A DNA stretch of 63,917 nucleotides, counting the filler, from Catajapyx aquilonaris (lineage: Eukaryota), in assembly GCA_000934665.2 (NCBI GenBank). It is 4 parts of 4 records of this genome, joined end to end, with 100 filler letters (N's around TTAATTAATTAA, not from the genome) between each part and the next. Parts side by side here need not be neighbours in the genome. Positions count along the whole stretch, not along the records: positions 1 to 18,371 come from KZ539707.1; positions 18,472 to 33,633 come from JYFJ02007578.1; 2 more parts are not named here. The stretch is one strand, 5' to 3'. This document shows, piece by piece, positions 11,401 to 24,519 of the stretch. Position 1 is the stretch's first letter. Each line of letters opens with the position of its first letter. The notes beneath the pieces are model-generated. The model ran no database searches. It worked only from the letters and a program-made list of their open reading frames with translations, and was not told the DNA's origin. A program made the position numbers and the translations under genes.

Positions 11401-14400
11401 TAATTGCTTCAAACTCAGCCTTGTTTTCCACTGCCTCGTTCGCATGAACACCAAAAGATGTACGAAGTGATGATTTATAGAAGTAGTGCCAATTGTAGAG
11501 TAAGATGTCGCTCATGACTTCAAACATTGGGATCTTGAGCTCAGGGGAGATTTGCTGTAACACCAAATTGAGCCAGAATTAATCATAAGCTGAATGTGAG
11601 CCAGCATGCAATTACGGAAAACTTACATTAGCAACCAGTGGATATATGTGCTCCATTAACAGATTAATGGTACTTGGCAGAAACTTCCTGAATCCAGCAC
11701 CAGGTTGCTTCACTACCATTTGCAGTATTTTAAAAAACCTGAAGAATAAGAGACAGAATAATCTTACTAATATTAGCGGCTATGACATGATTGCATAACT
11801 CTTCTAATAATGGAATAGATTTAATAACGAGTGCTGCAAATATGTCTGGTGAAAGTCAGATTTGCACAGCACACCCACATAAACAACTTGCTACTCACAC
11901 AATGCATTTCATACAGTGTGTCTCAGTTCAAAAAAGGCGTCAATCTCTAGCAACAGGCTGGTTGCCCCACCCAATATAAAAGCAATGCAGCAGGTAGTCA
12001 CCTGGTAAATTGAAATGGAGTCCAATTTGCCTGATCATCCTTGCTTGGTCCAGAAAAAACAACAGCCAATATTCAAGGGTAATGGGCCTGCAACCCACTT
12101 GCAGAAGGCTATGCAACTGACAGTGAGTGTCACTATGCGATCCCCACTTTATGGAATCAGGGTGCAACATGTCGCCAAGGCAACATCAAGAAACTGTGTT
12201 TCCCTCATGTGGCACAAGTTGTTTGCATGTGCCATTGAATTCACTGCCAAAATTTTCCAGAAAAGCCAAATACTTCACCAAAATAAATAAATCCAGCAGC
12301 AGGACACCAATATGTACCTATTTGGGGTACAAAAAACTGGACTAACTATTGACCCCTTCGCTAGCAGCTGGGCCGAAAATGCCTCAATATTCAATTACAC
12401 GTATAGTGTTGGACATTAATCGAGGCATTCGAGGCACTGGTGGCTAGCAACATTTTCTGAATCGGCAGAAGAAGGAATCGAAGATAAGGATACTGCAAGC
12501 TGGGCGGCAAGATTCCTTCCTCTGCCTCTTCGGAAAATGTCGCCAGCAGTAGGTCTCAATTTATGTCCAACACGTACCGTGTTTGCAGTACTCTGAAGAT
12601 ATGGACAAGATATTTTACAAATAATAACAGATACACTTACACGTTCATGCTCTTCACTATGAATATCTTTGGAACAATTTTCCCCATCTAGAACTTCCTA
12701 AATTAGTTTTCCAAAATATCACTGTAAAAAGACTCAAAACTCACAATTCAAGAACTACTGGCCAACTACCAAGGCAGATTTAATTATGAAATACATTAAA
12801 ACTTACGGAACATCTACCTTGAGAACAGTGCCAGATGAATTTGCTGGGGTGAAAAAAATCGTTGTACTTTGAGAGAAATAAATAAATTTGAAAGTTTTAC
12901 GAAGTGCCCACAAGCCGCAGATAAGAATTAATTTACTTTTCGAGAAGTACAGGACGTACCCATTTTACACCGTTAATTGGTTCCAGCAAGATAAGAATTT
13001 CAGTAATTCTATACTTACCAGAAGTTAATTAGGATCTTTCACAAATACTCATAAGATACAACATTGTACGTTGAATTAGACTTGGAAAAATGCTGGTATT
13101 AATTTCTAACGCTATGGATCCCACCACTTAAAAGTGAGAGGTGATGGGGGTTGATTATTTTTAAATTCCTTGACTTGTCCAATGTGAAATCTGGCTGATT
13201 GAGAGATGAAAATATGCCAAAGGTCAGGCGGAACCAATAAAACAAACTGCTTCGGGAATATTAGTTATCACCTCATGCGAGACCTCGGTGTCCATCCTAG
13301 GGTTTTCCTATGCTACAAAGCCAGCTGTAATGAAATATTCGACTACAGCCATTTCATTGCCCAATATCAGACCAACACATACGATGAATATCAAAACTCT
13401 ATGTGCATAAGCTATGTACATCATGAAATTTCCTAAATGCATCATCATTGGCATCCTTGCTCCGGCCTTGTGCCTTATGGACATATTGTACATGACTGGA
13501 CATAACAGCAGTTGTCTGGCTTGAGCGCCGAGAGTGGAGATCGCCACTCATGCCGGAAAATTTCCAAGGGACTGCTATCTGTAACCCTGTACTTGACATT
13601 TGCAAGAGAATTCTCACTAATTACTTGCATTGTGTGCAAAATGACACTAAGAATTTTTAGCTTGAAATCTGGACACCCAACCATGCAAATCCTGGCCAGC
13701 AGATGATGTGTGGCTGAAGGAAGTGGAATCCATGGAAGTCCAGTCCCATGGACTCCACTTCCCTCATCTTTATGGCTCATTGCAATTATAATGTTGGTTA
13801 TAAACATGTCACACTTGTGCAGACATGTGCAGGAGAGCCTCAGACAGAGGCACGTTTTATTTTTGCTACAGAAATACGAGTTCTGCTATTTCCGAGAGCA
13901 TGATAACGAGATGAAACTGAGATTTTTCCCCTACAATTCTTCGCACTAACATTTCATAACCAATCATTCACTTACTGTTAGAACATAAAATATTTGCCAA
14001 AGAAAGGTCAGATTATAACAATTCCAATGGTATCGTACTCATCAACATTGTGACCTTGACACTAGAAATACAGCAATAATCATCCGGTTGTCCAGAATAT
14101 CCTAAGTGCAGGATCCGAAGAATTAAATGCGTCAAATTGAGGATGAGTGCATGATCCAGTTCTCTAAGTTACATGAAAAATGACTCAGAAAGTCAGTTCT
14201 CTAAAGAACAAATCCTTATTAGACATATATAATAATAATTCAATCACAAAAAGATGTACCATGCCTCTAATTATTACATTAGTTCTGCCAAGATCTCTTC
14301 ATAATTCTATTTGTTGCCCTTTTCCTTTAGCTTGGGATGAGGCCAGATCAAGGAGGGTGAGTTGGAAGAGGTTCTGAAGGAGGTTAAAGAGTTTCAAACA

Positions 14401-17304
14401 GAATATGCCTGTGCAAAGACCACCCACCCTCTCATTTGCCCTAATTAACAGAGAACCCATTGACCGAATACATAAGTCATTGGAATGTTGCAATAAATCG
14501 TATGTGTCCAAAAGCACTTCAGCAAGCACTTGATTGACTCATTGCTGTTGCAGTGCTGACACTTATTTCTGAGGCAAAGAAAAAAAAATCCCTGATATTT
14601 CCAGGTTGTCTGGTGCTAATTTGACTGATTGTCCCTGATTTGTACAGCTCCTATGAGGTGTATGGATGATTGTTATGAAAACACCAAAAAATACAAGCAG
14701 TTCAATGACAAATGCACATAATTGTGTTGACAGAAAGAGTTGTAATATAAATCAAAGAGCCTAAGGCCCGCAATTCGGTGCATAATCCCCATCACGGCTT
14801 CCTTTGCCAACCAATAGTGCTTCTTGAAAGAGATATCCAGCCCAGCATGTCTAATGCGTTTCGGCAGTCACGGAAAATCCTCACCCTCCAAAATAAGCTA
14901 GGTACAGCTCGTATACGACCACGAACACTGTCTCCGCAATGTTCGACTGCTCGAGTCCAGGCTAGCAACTGTTTGCATATAGCCTCAGACCCCGCACAGA
15001 GTGGTGCTACCAGAATGGGGGGTCAGTAGGGGATTGCACAACTAACAGAAATGTTCAAGATGGGGTTTCGTGTGAGGGGGAGGGAAAATGTCACACTTTG
15101 CAGTCATGCCCCCTACCAGACTGCACGAGACAACCAAGATTTGGGCCTAAACCTACAGAAAACAGCTCTGAACCCCAGTAGGGCGAGACATAATCATTGA
15201 CTGTCCAGAACCACCCGCCACAGTAGCACACCCCTGCACGAAAATATATAAATAATTAATGCAAAAATTGTATGAGTTTGGGATTGATACAAAAACTCAC
15301 AAATCAATCAGACAAGAAAACTTTCACATAAACCTTTATATGTTCTCACTTTGTAGTCACTGATTCGCCACTGGGCAGAATTCCAGAGAGGCAAAGTAAT
15401 TTCCTGATTTTTCCCAGTCTTCCAGGTTGCTAGACACCCTGATCAGTGGCGTAGCGAGGGTTAGGAGCTCCTGGGGCTGATCTAAAATTTGCGCCCCTGC
15501 AATTACCATTTAATTTTATTAATTGCAGGCAAAAATTTTAAGATCAAAATGCTACTATTGGAAAAAGGTCAAGTAAAGGGGTCGTATGTTTATTTCATAT
15601 ATTCATCGGCACGACAATTTTACTTTCCTTACTTTTTGGGCAGGAAAATCACTAATCACACTGTCAAAATCAATTTGATGAGTCAATTCCTGCTCATTTC
15701 ACAATATAGCCAAATTACCCAACCTCCAAGTGCTCATAGTAGAACATAAATAATTTTTAATTAATTTTAGCTTCAAAAAGCTACTCATACAGCTGGCAAC
15801 ACTAATATTCCGACTTTTAGAAAAATCCGCAACATTATGACAATATTATTTGGCACTGATATACCTAGACTGAGCTGTTGAATGAAGTTAAGGAGTTCAA
15901 GGGGACTTTCCTTCCTTAAATTATCCCAGTTTGTTCCTTTGAAACCGCAATGAAACTATGAAGTCTTTTCCTTTCAATTTCGAACTCTTTCTTGTCAATG
16001 TCATCAGGAGCATATTCTAAATCACAATCATATCTGGCATCCAAAAGTCGTGATGGAGTAAGGAAGGCAAATCTTTCAGCCAGTGCAGGAAGCTGCAGAA
16101 ATCTCAAAGTAATCTAGCTTGAATTACCATAAGTTATTTGAAGGCATATAAGAGCACCCCCATTTCAGCAGATCATATTCAGTAAAAAAAGGTTCGTATT
16201 GCATTCTCACATAATTATGAGACGCAGGGCAATTTTTTGAGCCATTTTTGGGGGGAAAGTGAGCCTTATATGCCGTCAAATACGGTACTCTGGTCAGAGA
16301 AGAAAATATTTCCCTCGTGAATTCGTCGTTGTAGGGTAAGTTGTTCCTATATCGCCAGCGAGGTTCCATAAGGCATAACGATACATAGTTCTTCACACAG
16401 TCCTTTAATAGCTCCACCGTTCACTAAACCACCCCTTGTATACATTAACAATGCCTCAATGCCTAAACAATGAACACTCATCTTCTGAGCACATTCTTGA
16501 ACTGCACAAGCAATCCTTTACTTTGTAAATAGGTCTGGGCATCATTATGTCCTCAAGAACAGAATCCTATAAACCCAAAAAGCACAGAAACGGAAATGAT
16601 TGCAAACCACTGAGCAAAACTCCCATTACTGACCACTTTGTAGCATTTTCATCTGAACTTGTCATCATTCTAATGCATAATCATTGGGTGTTTATAAATG
16701 AAGTAATTGGAAAACATCTTAATATTTGTAGAATCACTAAAATAATCGCATTCGCTGGAGCTGCACTACGCCAAAAATTGCCGGCCGGGGCAGCCTGCCC
16801 CCCGCGCCCCCGCCTCGCTACGCCACTGACTCTGATGATACACTTGGTGCACCTAATCTAAGCAGTGTAATATCCTTTGAAGGAAACTGACTAGCCAAAT
16901 GAGAACCTTAACACATACTTTTTAATAATCTTGGTGCCATCACTCCCTTCAAGCAAGAACGTGTTGACAAATTGTTCACGTTTATATACACCTAGGATGG
17001 TTTGAACTATTTTCTCCACCATTGGAACACCCATTTGGCCCTGCAGCACATTGAACAGGGTTAAGAAGAAGCTCAGAATCTCCTCACACACATCTGTAAG
17101 ATACAAGCTATTAGAGATGTTTCAAACTGTAGTAACCATTGCACAAACCTGGTGTCAACACATATATGGGAAAAAGCCACATTGTTTCATTGATCAGCTT
17201 TTGGATGCAAGAGTAATACAACTGTTTTGTTTGTGTGGTCTCATTAGCTATATTTTCCACTTGGTCCCGACACACTTGCAGTGTCTTAATAACAGTTTCT
17301 GATG
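8433..17304 (-). CDS. XPO6: Exportin-6, 3' part; exons 17149-17304, 16919-17093, 11627-11738, 11066-11554, 8433-8531
   Basis: Phase-consistent GT-AG exons give DVCEEILSFFLTLFNVLQGQMGVP, KFFKILQMVVKQPG, HELLKEEVANAIYNMASVDF and the terminus DLPSFTQNIHRFVNDLRYYSLCNSSLGNVKLS*, matching the conserved XPO6 C-terminus. The 5' exons are absent from this segment. Confidence 0.93.
8735..9236. repeat. Two tandem palindromes with shared arm sequence (8735-8875 and ~8947-9236)
   Basis: The arm GTGGCGACCCTACCGGACT(A)AGGCTGAACTTTA(C/T)AGGTACGAA occurs forward and reverse twice. Confidence 0.9.
9498..10591. mobile_element. Mariner-like non-autonomous element with GC-rich internal direct and inverted repeats
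   Basis: TA|CAGGGTGTTCAGGAAAAACACCGACAAAC ... GTTTGTCGGTGTTTTTCATGAA (right tip truncated). Internal duplications at ~9855-10200 and ~10220-10520. Confidence 0.65.
12405..12575. repeat. Imperfect inverted repeat, MITE-like
   Basis: GTGTTGGACAT..ACATTTTC..GGCAGA..GAAGGAATC mirrored by GATTCCTTC..TCTGCC..GAAAATGT..ATGTCCAACAC. Confidence 0.55.
15444..16828 (-). mobile_element. hAT transposon, internally deleted, with decayed transposase C-terminus
   Basis: 16-bp TIR CAGTGGCGTAGCGAGG/CCTCGCTACGCCACTG and 8-bp TSD ACCCTGAT/ACTCTGAT. Dimerisation-domain relic SVASCMSSFLKLKLIKNYLCSTMSTWRLGNLAIL..IDFDSVISDF. Confidence 0.9.
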
Positions 17305-18371
17305 CTGCAACAAAAAATAGCATTATTTTCATAAAACTATTAAAGGTATTATGTCAAAACCCCACTTGTCAAATGTGAGCACCAACATGTCAATAAAACT
17401 TTTTTCTGATCCAACCTAGGCCACGATGCAGCTACAAAGGTGCCTTCTCTCCGGCCAAAATAGCTGCTTATTCGTGATGCCCCTCTCAAAGGCTCGAAAA
17501 TCTGCCAACAGAGCGCACGACGATCGACACGAGGCCGACCACCCAAGGAATAATGAATAGGCATCTCTTCTCTTCTCTAATCTTTGAGACCACAGATGCT
17601 TGATCAGGCCTAGACTCATAGACTGCTTCAGTGGAAAGTAGAGAAGTTAACATATTTACCAACGCCTGGACCTCAGCCTCGGCCTAAGGTTGACGCAAGT
17701 GCGCTCCAGTGGAGAAAATTTGAAACCCCCTTGATCATTGTTGGTCATTGTTGGTCAACAATGATGGCTATGGCAATTCTTGATATACCCGAGGTTCTAA
17801 GTTATACTGAGGTCGGTGCAACTGGCCCTAAGGGGGCACATATCGAGCACATGTAGGTGTCAAAAAAAACTTGATGAGTTTCTCTATATATTCGTACAAC
17901 AACTTCGATCCTATGTTAAATGAAAAACCCGCAGTGATTTTTTGAAACCGCTGCAATCATTTGTAGACACCCTGTATTACAAAGCATTGTAATTTTCTCT
18001 GGGTTGGAAAACTGGTTTTGCCTTGTCACATACAAGGTTAGTCTTATCCAAGTTCATCTGATGGAGATTGTATTGGGAAGACCCGTAGAAGTGGCTGACA
18101 CCTGGCGGCTGTCTCGGAAGCTCATTCATGGCGGACAAGGGGGGTTGCTCTCCTAGTCCCGCCATGCGTGGGAACGAGGAAAAAGGGAGTAAAGTGGTGA
18201 CAAGTGACAAATTATGTTTCGTGGTGGGATGAAACTCGAAGTTCTTATGTATCAGTAGCCTGCCACCTGCTGTCACTCTTAGCTAGAATGGTATGACTCG
18301 ATATATGGGCGAAATGTTTATCCAGTTCCCAACCCCTGGGTCACCTGCATGTTTATAAAGTGTCTCAAGGA

Positions 18372-18471
18372 NNNNNNNNNNNNNNNNNNNNNNNNNNNNN
18401 NNNNNNNNNNNNNNNTTAATTAATTAANNNNNNNNNNNNNNNNNNNNNNNNNNNNNNNNNNNNNNNNNNNN
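18372..18471. other. Artificial assembly linker N44-TTAATTAATTAA-N44
   Basis: Identical 100-nt structure also at 33634-33733 and 48952-49051; contains stops in all six frames. Confidence 0.95.
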
Positions 18472-18718
18472 TGCCACGCCCCCTTCCCCCCCATCGCCCC
18501 GCCCCCTGGCTAGCCTCGCGGCAGGCCGCAATTTTGGGACCTGACGATGACGCTAACTTCAGCCTTATATAAGACAGTTGGTCAAGCAATGAGACAGACT
18601 GTGACCTCCCAACCACCAACCACCACCTTTAAAGAGTCGCCCTTCAGTTGTCCCAATGTCTCTTCTCTACTGATCAGTCGCCACTACCGGAGACAATACC
18701 ATACTATACCATACTCAC

Positions 18719-20584
18719 CAAAATGCATTGCTGTGTGCCCATCATAGCTTGTCATCCTCGCATCAGCACCATGGTCAAGCAACATCTTCACTGTTTCAAA
18801 GGGCCCAAGCCTTACTGCTTCGTTTAAAGCAGTACTTCCATCAAAATTCTTCTGATAACACAGGCCTGCGAAATAATACTTTTTATTTTTTTTCTGCTGA
18901 GTTCAGAATTGCCGAGCTTTTTCCTCTATCACGTCAGGTTTTTCCACAAAGTGAGGAAAAAGATTCAGGAAAATCACACAGAAGAGTATAGCAGGCCTAG
19001 GTGGGAGATGAGTAGGTTTGAGAAAAAAATAAGTTACAAAGCCACGGCCATCTCCTTCAAGATGAAAGATGGAATGAGTAGGTACTTACAGGTACTCATG
19101 GGAAAAATGTTTTCCATGCACCCACCCTACCATGTGGTTCAGGTGTTGCCACATTAGAGGTTATAAATTAAATTTTAACATTTTAACATTTTTCTACTTT
19201 CTGTTTCAATTTATCGTCGTTGACCTGAAATATCTATTTTTCTAAGCTAAATATTGGTTTGACACATTTTTATAGCAGCGCGCCCAGTATGTAGGCAACC
19301 AGACAGAAATTCTCGATTTGTGTCGAAACTGTACGTGATAGAAGTTTTTGCGTATTTTCCCCGAAATCGGCATCAAAAAATACATAAGAAACACTTCTCA
19401 CTTTGAAGAAAAAAAAATCATCGCAGGCCTCTGATATATATTATTATATATATGAAGGCATGAATTGCACAAGGGCCCTAGTCCAAATTGCAAAATTTTT
19501 CAGGAGAAGCAAAAAACCTTCCTGTTTCCTTATCTCTCATGATATCGTTATGAAAAAAATCTATACGATACAGCTACCTCCCCTACCTCTACCTATGGTC
19601 TGTTTGGTCGCATATCATAACCACATTATTTTTTTAAAAAAATCCGAATGTGTGGGACTTGGGCCCCTGTGCAAATCATCATTTGCTTAACGTTGATAAA
19701 ATATTACCCAAATGATTTGCACAAGGGCCCAAATGTGGGAATTGGGACCTTTTGCAAATGATCGGAATTTTCAAGTGCAGTATTCTGCTCGAGGAATATG
19801 GACTTCGGCCCTTTTCTCGGTCATAACAGATGCTCCCATGCGTTTAGAGTGTTATCATGTGTTAAACCCGTTTTCGTAAAATGACGGACTTGGGCCCTTG
19901 TGCAATTCATGCCTTCATATATTATAATCTATTATTTTCTCGCGAACCATGCATGACCAAGGCCTCTAACTTAACATACTGAACCTTAGTGTCAGTCACA
20001 ACTAGTGTCACTAATTATGACTGATGTAACGCAAACACATCACTAATTGTTGAGGTCACAATATATTCTTGGGCATGTGACTGAGCAAGTGACCAACGAA
20101 ATGCTATAAAAATTTATTTTTGCAATTTAGAGGAAAACTAATTCCAGCGACGCATTCTCCTGGTGTTTCTCTTTCTTTTGATGTATATGTTTCATTGGAT
20201 TCTGATCACTTCCACTAACCGGAAAGAATTCTCCCAAAAAGGCCTAATTTTCACTCATTTCAAAATTTTTGCGATTTTTTCCCTCATCATGGTATTGCGC
20301 AATATGGTGTAAATTTTATAAGCAGCATTAAGGAATAGTTGAGTACATCTGCGATTATTTTGACCAAGATCCGAGACGGTCTAGCAACATTTCGGCCCAC
20401 TTGATTCGGAAAGATCCCTAGTAAATCGTTCAAAGTTTTAAAACGATATATCTCAAAAAGTGTGGGTGATAGAAGATTTTGCGTATTTTTCCCGAAATCG
20501 GCATTACAAAATACATAAGAAATACCTCTCACTTTCAAGAAAAAAATTTCATCGCAGGCCTGTGATAATTCATGTGCATTCCTT
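18719..20584 (-). CDS. Ankyrin-repeat exon split by a transposon (pieces 20565-20584 and 18719-18858); gene or pseudogene
   Basis: Removing 18859-20564 and one ATAA restores tag|AA GGA ATG CAC ATG AAT TAT CAG..., giving GMHMNYQKNFDGSTALNEAVRLGPFETVKMLLDHGADARMTSYDGHTAMHF, then G|gtgag. This fits the ankyrin consensus. Confidence 0.8.
18859..20564. mobile_element. Chapaev-like (CMC group) non-autonomous composite element
   Basis: Termini CACAGGCCTGCGA ... TCGCAGGCCTGTG with a 4-bp TSD ATAA on both sides. A second copy of the right end lies internally at ~19335-19432. Confidence 0.75.
19454..19916. mobile_element. MITE with TIR GAAGGCATGAATTGCACAAGGGCCC (superfamily unassigned)
   Basis: TIRs of about 30 bp with ATAT flanks. 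A shorter copy in opposite orientation is at 48668-48916. Confidence 0.85.
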
Positions 20585-21155
20585 CTACAATGTGAAAGGT
20601 TCAACACTTAGTGTAGCAAAATTATTTCTAGCCAGAAGGTTACCAGCACCCAGTCTGCAAAGTTGCAGTGCTACCTATATATGAACGTCACTTGCAAACT
20701 TCTGCAAATGTTGCGGGACATCTACAGGAGTGGAACATATGTTATTCTTGAAAAGAATATTGGTTGGAAAGAGGATGTTTGGTGGAAAGGGAGCCCTGGG
20801 AGTAGTGCCAAAACAATGCAAACTATCTAAAGGCATCATCGAAATCAATAAGTAGCACCAACGGAAAAGGTCTGTGTTTAGCACCTTATTAACAGTAGGC
20901 CCTAATCAAAGAATTGGATACGGTACCCATGTCAGTGGCCCCACATATTGCCATATTGTGATGCACAAGTGTACATAATTATCTATTGTCCTATTACAAA
21001 ATACAAAATACAGGAAGTACCTGTTTTACGACGTTACTGGGTTCCAGTAATGTAGCGACGTAAAGTGAATCAGCATAAAATGACAAAATTAGAATGGCAA
21101 TACGTATGAGATAGGTTCCAAAACGGCCAAAATTTTCCCACGGACCCTACAATAT

Positions 21156-21156
<1 letters not shown>

Positions 21157-21207
<51 letters not shown>

Positions 21208-21451
21208 GATACCCCATGATAAGCCTCCTTGGGCTTTTTAGGGGACCATCTTTTTAATTAACCGTCTTTAATCATTGCCTTTGTTGTGATGGATTTTGCT
21301 AGTGGGAGGAAACGGGAGAACCCCGAGAAAACCCACGCGAACACGGAGAGAACCCATCGAAACTATCCACATAAGTATATCCTCTGTCCGATCCGGGGAT
21401 CGAACTCGGTGGAAGGCTGCGGCGCTAACCACTCCGCCACCGTGTCGCCCT
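21157..21451 (-). mobile_element. tRNA-derived SINE with (TTA)n tail
   Basis: A/B boxes TGGCGGAGTGG / GAGTTCGATCC; core GTGGGTTTTCTCGGGGTTCTCCCGTTTCCTCCCAC; TSD CGGACCC(T/A)ACAATATT. Same family as 41655-41977. Confidence 0.88.
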
Positions 21452-22883
21452 CGGACCCAACAATATTGCTGTTTTTAATGCAGAATATTTGAAACATTTA
21501 TTACACACATTTAATGGGAAGTTTCACATAATGCTCCCTGTTTCCCTCTTGATGTTAAGTCATGATTGTAAGACTGCACCAGTTGCATGCAACAATCATA
21601 ATGCTATGCAACTTTGAATGTGCAATCTCAATAGGTGATCTGTAATATATTTCCATTGCAATAGGCAATTCCCATTACATTGAAAGTGACTTGATATTTA
21701 TACCACATCAGTTTTTGATGTGAAGATCCTGATGTATGACAACCCTTAGCTGGCAACCTAGTATTACACTTGGTGAGCATACAAGTAAAATTCATTAAGT
21801 TCAAAACAAAACAGTTTTGATAAAACACACAGCAAATATTTGACCGTGTACTTGTAGACTTGTTAACATGGTAGTAAATACATAAAAGCCTGGATGGCTT
21901 GCTAACTCATTAGGAATCTTCAGAGCTAAATGACCTAACTGTCCTAACAAAAGGATAAAAAGGAAGGCTACCTGGTGGAATAAATTACTAATCATTGGTA
22001 TTTGGACTTTAGAGGATATCGCTTGGATGCCCACAATATTTGAGAACCACTAAAGCCAGGTGCACATGTGCTGCCCTGAGCCCTATTGCAGCCTATTTCA
22101 ATGTACAGTACTAGATGGTACAGTATGTTAAGTTAGAAAGGATTATATTTTTCTGCCTTGCCAAGTCCAATCATGATGAAAGCAGCCAATAGGAAGCTAA
22201 CAGTTGCGGATCTAGGTTGCTCTGACACCCACATCAGGCAAGTATTTAGCTTATCAGATGAGTCATAAGAGTTGGACAGTTGACAACAAATGGACTGAAA
22301 TAGGGGAAGGTAGATATGCCAAGTAGGTTCTGTCCACTGGAAGAGGGTGGGTTGCAGGTTCAAAGTAGGGGTCAAGGAGTGGTGGCTTCCCATCCTGAAG
22401 CCTTTTTTGGTACATGTAATTATTATGCAGGGACTGGGTGTGAATACTTCACTGATGCATGAGCATATCCAGAATGGAAAGTAGGCTACAAATCTAACAT
22501 AGCTAGTGTGCATCTGGCTCAAGCAGAATAATTTGTGACAAAAACCTGTTCAGTATGGAATTTTCCTTTTATGAACATAATGATTGTATTCTAGACAGGA
22601 CTGTTTTAATGCAAATGTATACCTGTAGTAAGCAGGGTGTAGACACTCCTTTCTTGAACTGCAAATATCAATGCACGGCCCAAGACATGCTTTTTCTTGT
22701 CACTCTCAGTATGTTCTCAGCTCAGTTGAAGAAGTGAGAGTGTATTTCCGTCTCATTTTCACCCAGTATTGCATTCTTCAAGTCGTGTCCTAAACTGTTA
22801 CTTGCATTCAAAGAAAGAAAAACAAAACAGATGAGAGAATAAGTAGTCGTGGTGGTGGTAGTAGTAGTAGTAGTAGTAATAAT

Positions 22884-23270
22884 ACAGGGTGTCCCACTAC
22901 CTACTTTACCTGGCATTTCTTTAATAACTTTAATGCAAATGAAGATTCCGTAAGCAAATTTGAACTGAACTATCAGCATAATGTGAGAAAGGAAATGACA
23001 TCACAACATTGCTGGAAATGGCCACCATTTGCGTCCAGGCAGACGTGAACACGAAGCTTCATATTTTGACCTGAGGCATTGCCTGAATTTATTGGATAAT
23101 GGTTTTTTTTTCCAGGTGCTGATGGGTCGTGGTTTGTTTCAGTACACTCGCCATTTCAGATAGCCACACAAGAAGTGATCAGGCAATCAGGAAACAGTGG
23201 TAGCCAAACTCCCTTCGAGATGACTCGGTCACTGAAAAAGGACTGAATTTTTGCCATGCTGACATGTGAC
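22884..23270 (-). mobile_element. Tc1/mariner (DD41D-like) 3'-end remnant
   Basis: TA|CAGGGTGTCCCACT terminus; reverse strand encodes RVHVCLDANGGHFQQ. Same family as 30750-31008. Confidence 0.75.
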
Positions 23271-23275
23271 GTGTG

Positions 23276-24270
23276 CAGGGCCGTATTTCCCAATAGGCAA
23301 AGTAGGCAACTGCCTAGAGCGGCAAATTTTTGGGGGCGAAACTGTCTCTGGTAAAGTGTGGAAAAAATTGTGGCAGGGTCGTATTCCCTGCCACGGTAGT
23401 TTGTATGATAGTTTGTAGGGTTAGTTTGTATCTTGTATGTGTACAGTAAAATAAAAAGTTTCAGAATAGGAGCAAGGATTTTATTTTCATAAATACCCGT
23501 CAAATGTGGTGAGATTGTACCAGCACTTTTTTTGGACAACAGTGCGCCATATACTGGGAGCTGACGTAAACTAGCGAATTTAGGCATGTTTCACTACATT
23601 AAAGGATGGTCAAGGTTGACAATGACGAGTAAAATTCGTGACTTGGTGTGATTAGGTCCATAAAATTAATTTTTTTAAATGTTCGATTTTCAAGTTTTGC
23701 ATTGGGTGGTATATGTTAGTCAGTGTGATTGGACGATTGTTTCTCATGAGCATTAAGTTAATTCTTCGATGACAATGTAAGTGAAGGTAGAAACAATACG
23801 ACTGGTCGTTGATTTTACTCGGATTTGTGCTTAACCTATGATGAAATGAGGGCAAAAGTGTACTTGACAGTGTGAGATTGTGCCACTGTTTTTCCCGGAG
23901 TTCTCCATTATTTCACTAATTTTTGTGTGTAACAGTGATGGAATGAGTTTACGTTAAGATTGGTCAGTAGCTTTGGCAAAAATCAACATCAAAACAAAAA
24001 TGAAAATAAGGGAAATAATGGATGTGGCCAAAGCTACCAGACGAGCTGTGCTACGAAAAAGATTCGCCCGGCTGGTTTGTGCCCCCGAGGCGATCCAGCC
24101 TATTTTGGGAACCCCATTCCCAACCTTGACCCCCCCCACAGACCTTCTAGTATGAAGAGGAGCCCATGTGTCCGATTCTGGGCCTCTGAAGAAACTGGTC
24201 TCTGATTGGCCCCTGGCCAAATGGGCTGGACCTTCCTCCAAGGAGGGGAGGGGGGGGGGGGCTGCCTCAG
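23276..24270 (+). mobile_element. hAT-like element remnant
   Basis: Starts CAGGGCCGTATTTCCCAATAGGC..GGCAACTGCCTAG, a typical hAT left end; GGGCC-rich right region; no clean right TIR. Confidence 0.45.
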
Positions 24271-24519
24271 GACTCGTTCATGATGACGTATTCGTCATTT
24301 TTCCCATGTATCCTTAACGTGTTAATGTTGCTGCCGCGAGTTGGCCGTGCCCGTCTGGGGAGTCGCCAGTTCCGCGGAGAGGATGGGGAAGCCTGATATA
24401 CGGCAGGGATAGGGCACTCGGAGGCTCTCCGTTATGACGATGAATATAAAGTACTTGTTTAGTCCTACTGAGCACACCATCTGAAAAGTCCATGCATATT
24501 TACCTTTTATGTCTTTATA

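Noticed and set aside
13200..14560. Coding-looking stretches in the large XPO6 intron (possible WD40-like relic)
   Set aside because: Not needed for the XPO6 frame (16919 joins 11738 in phase) and motifs are too weak to name.
21970..22095. Candidate upstream XPO6 exon (IPMISNLFHQ)
   Set aside because: Requires frameshifts, lies beyond a linker, and fits an ankyrin relic at least as well.
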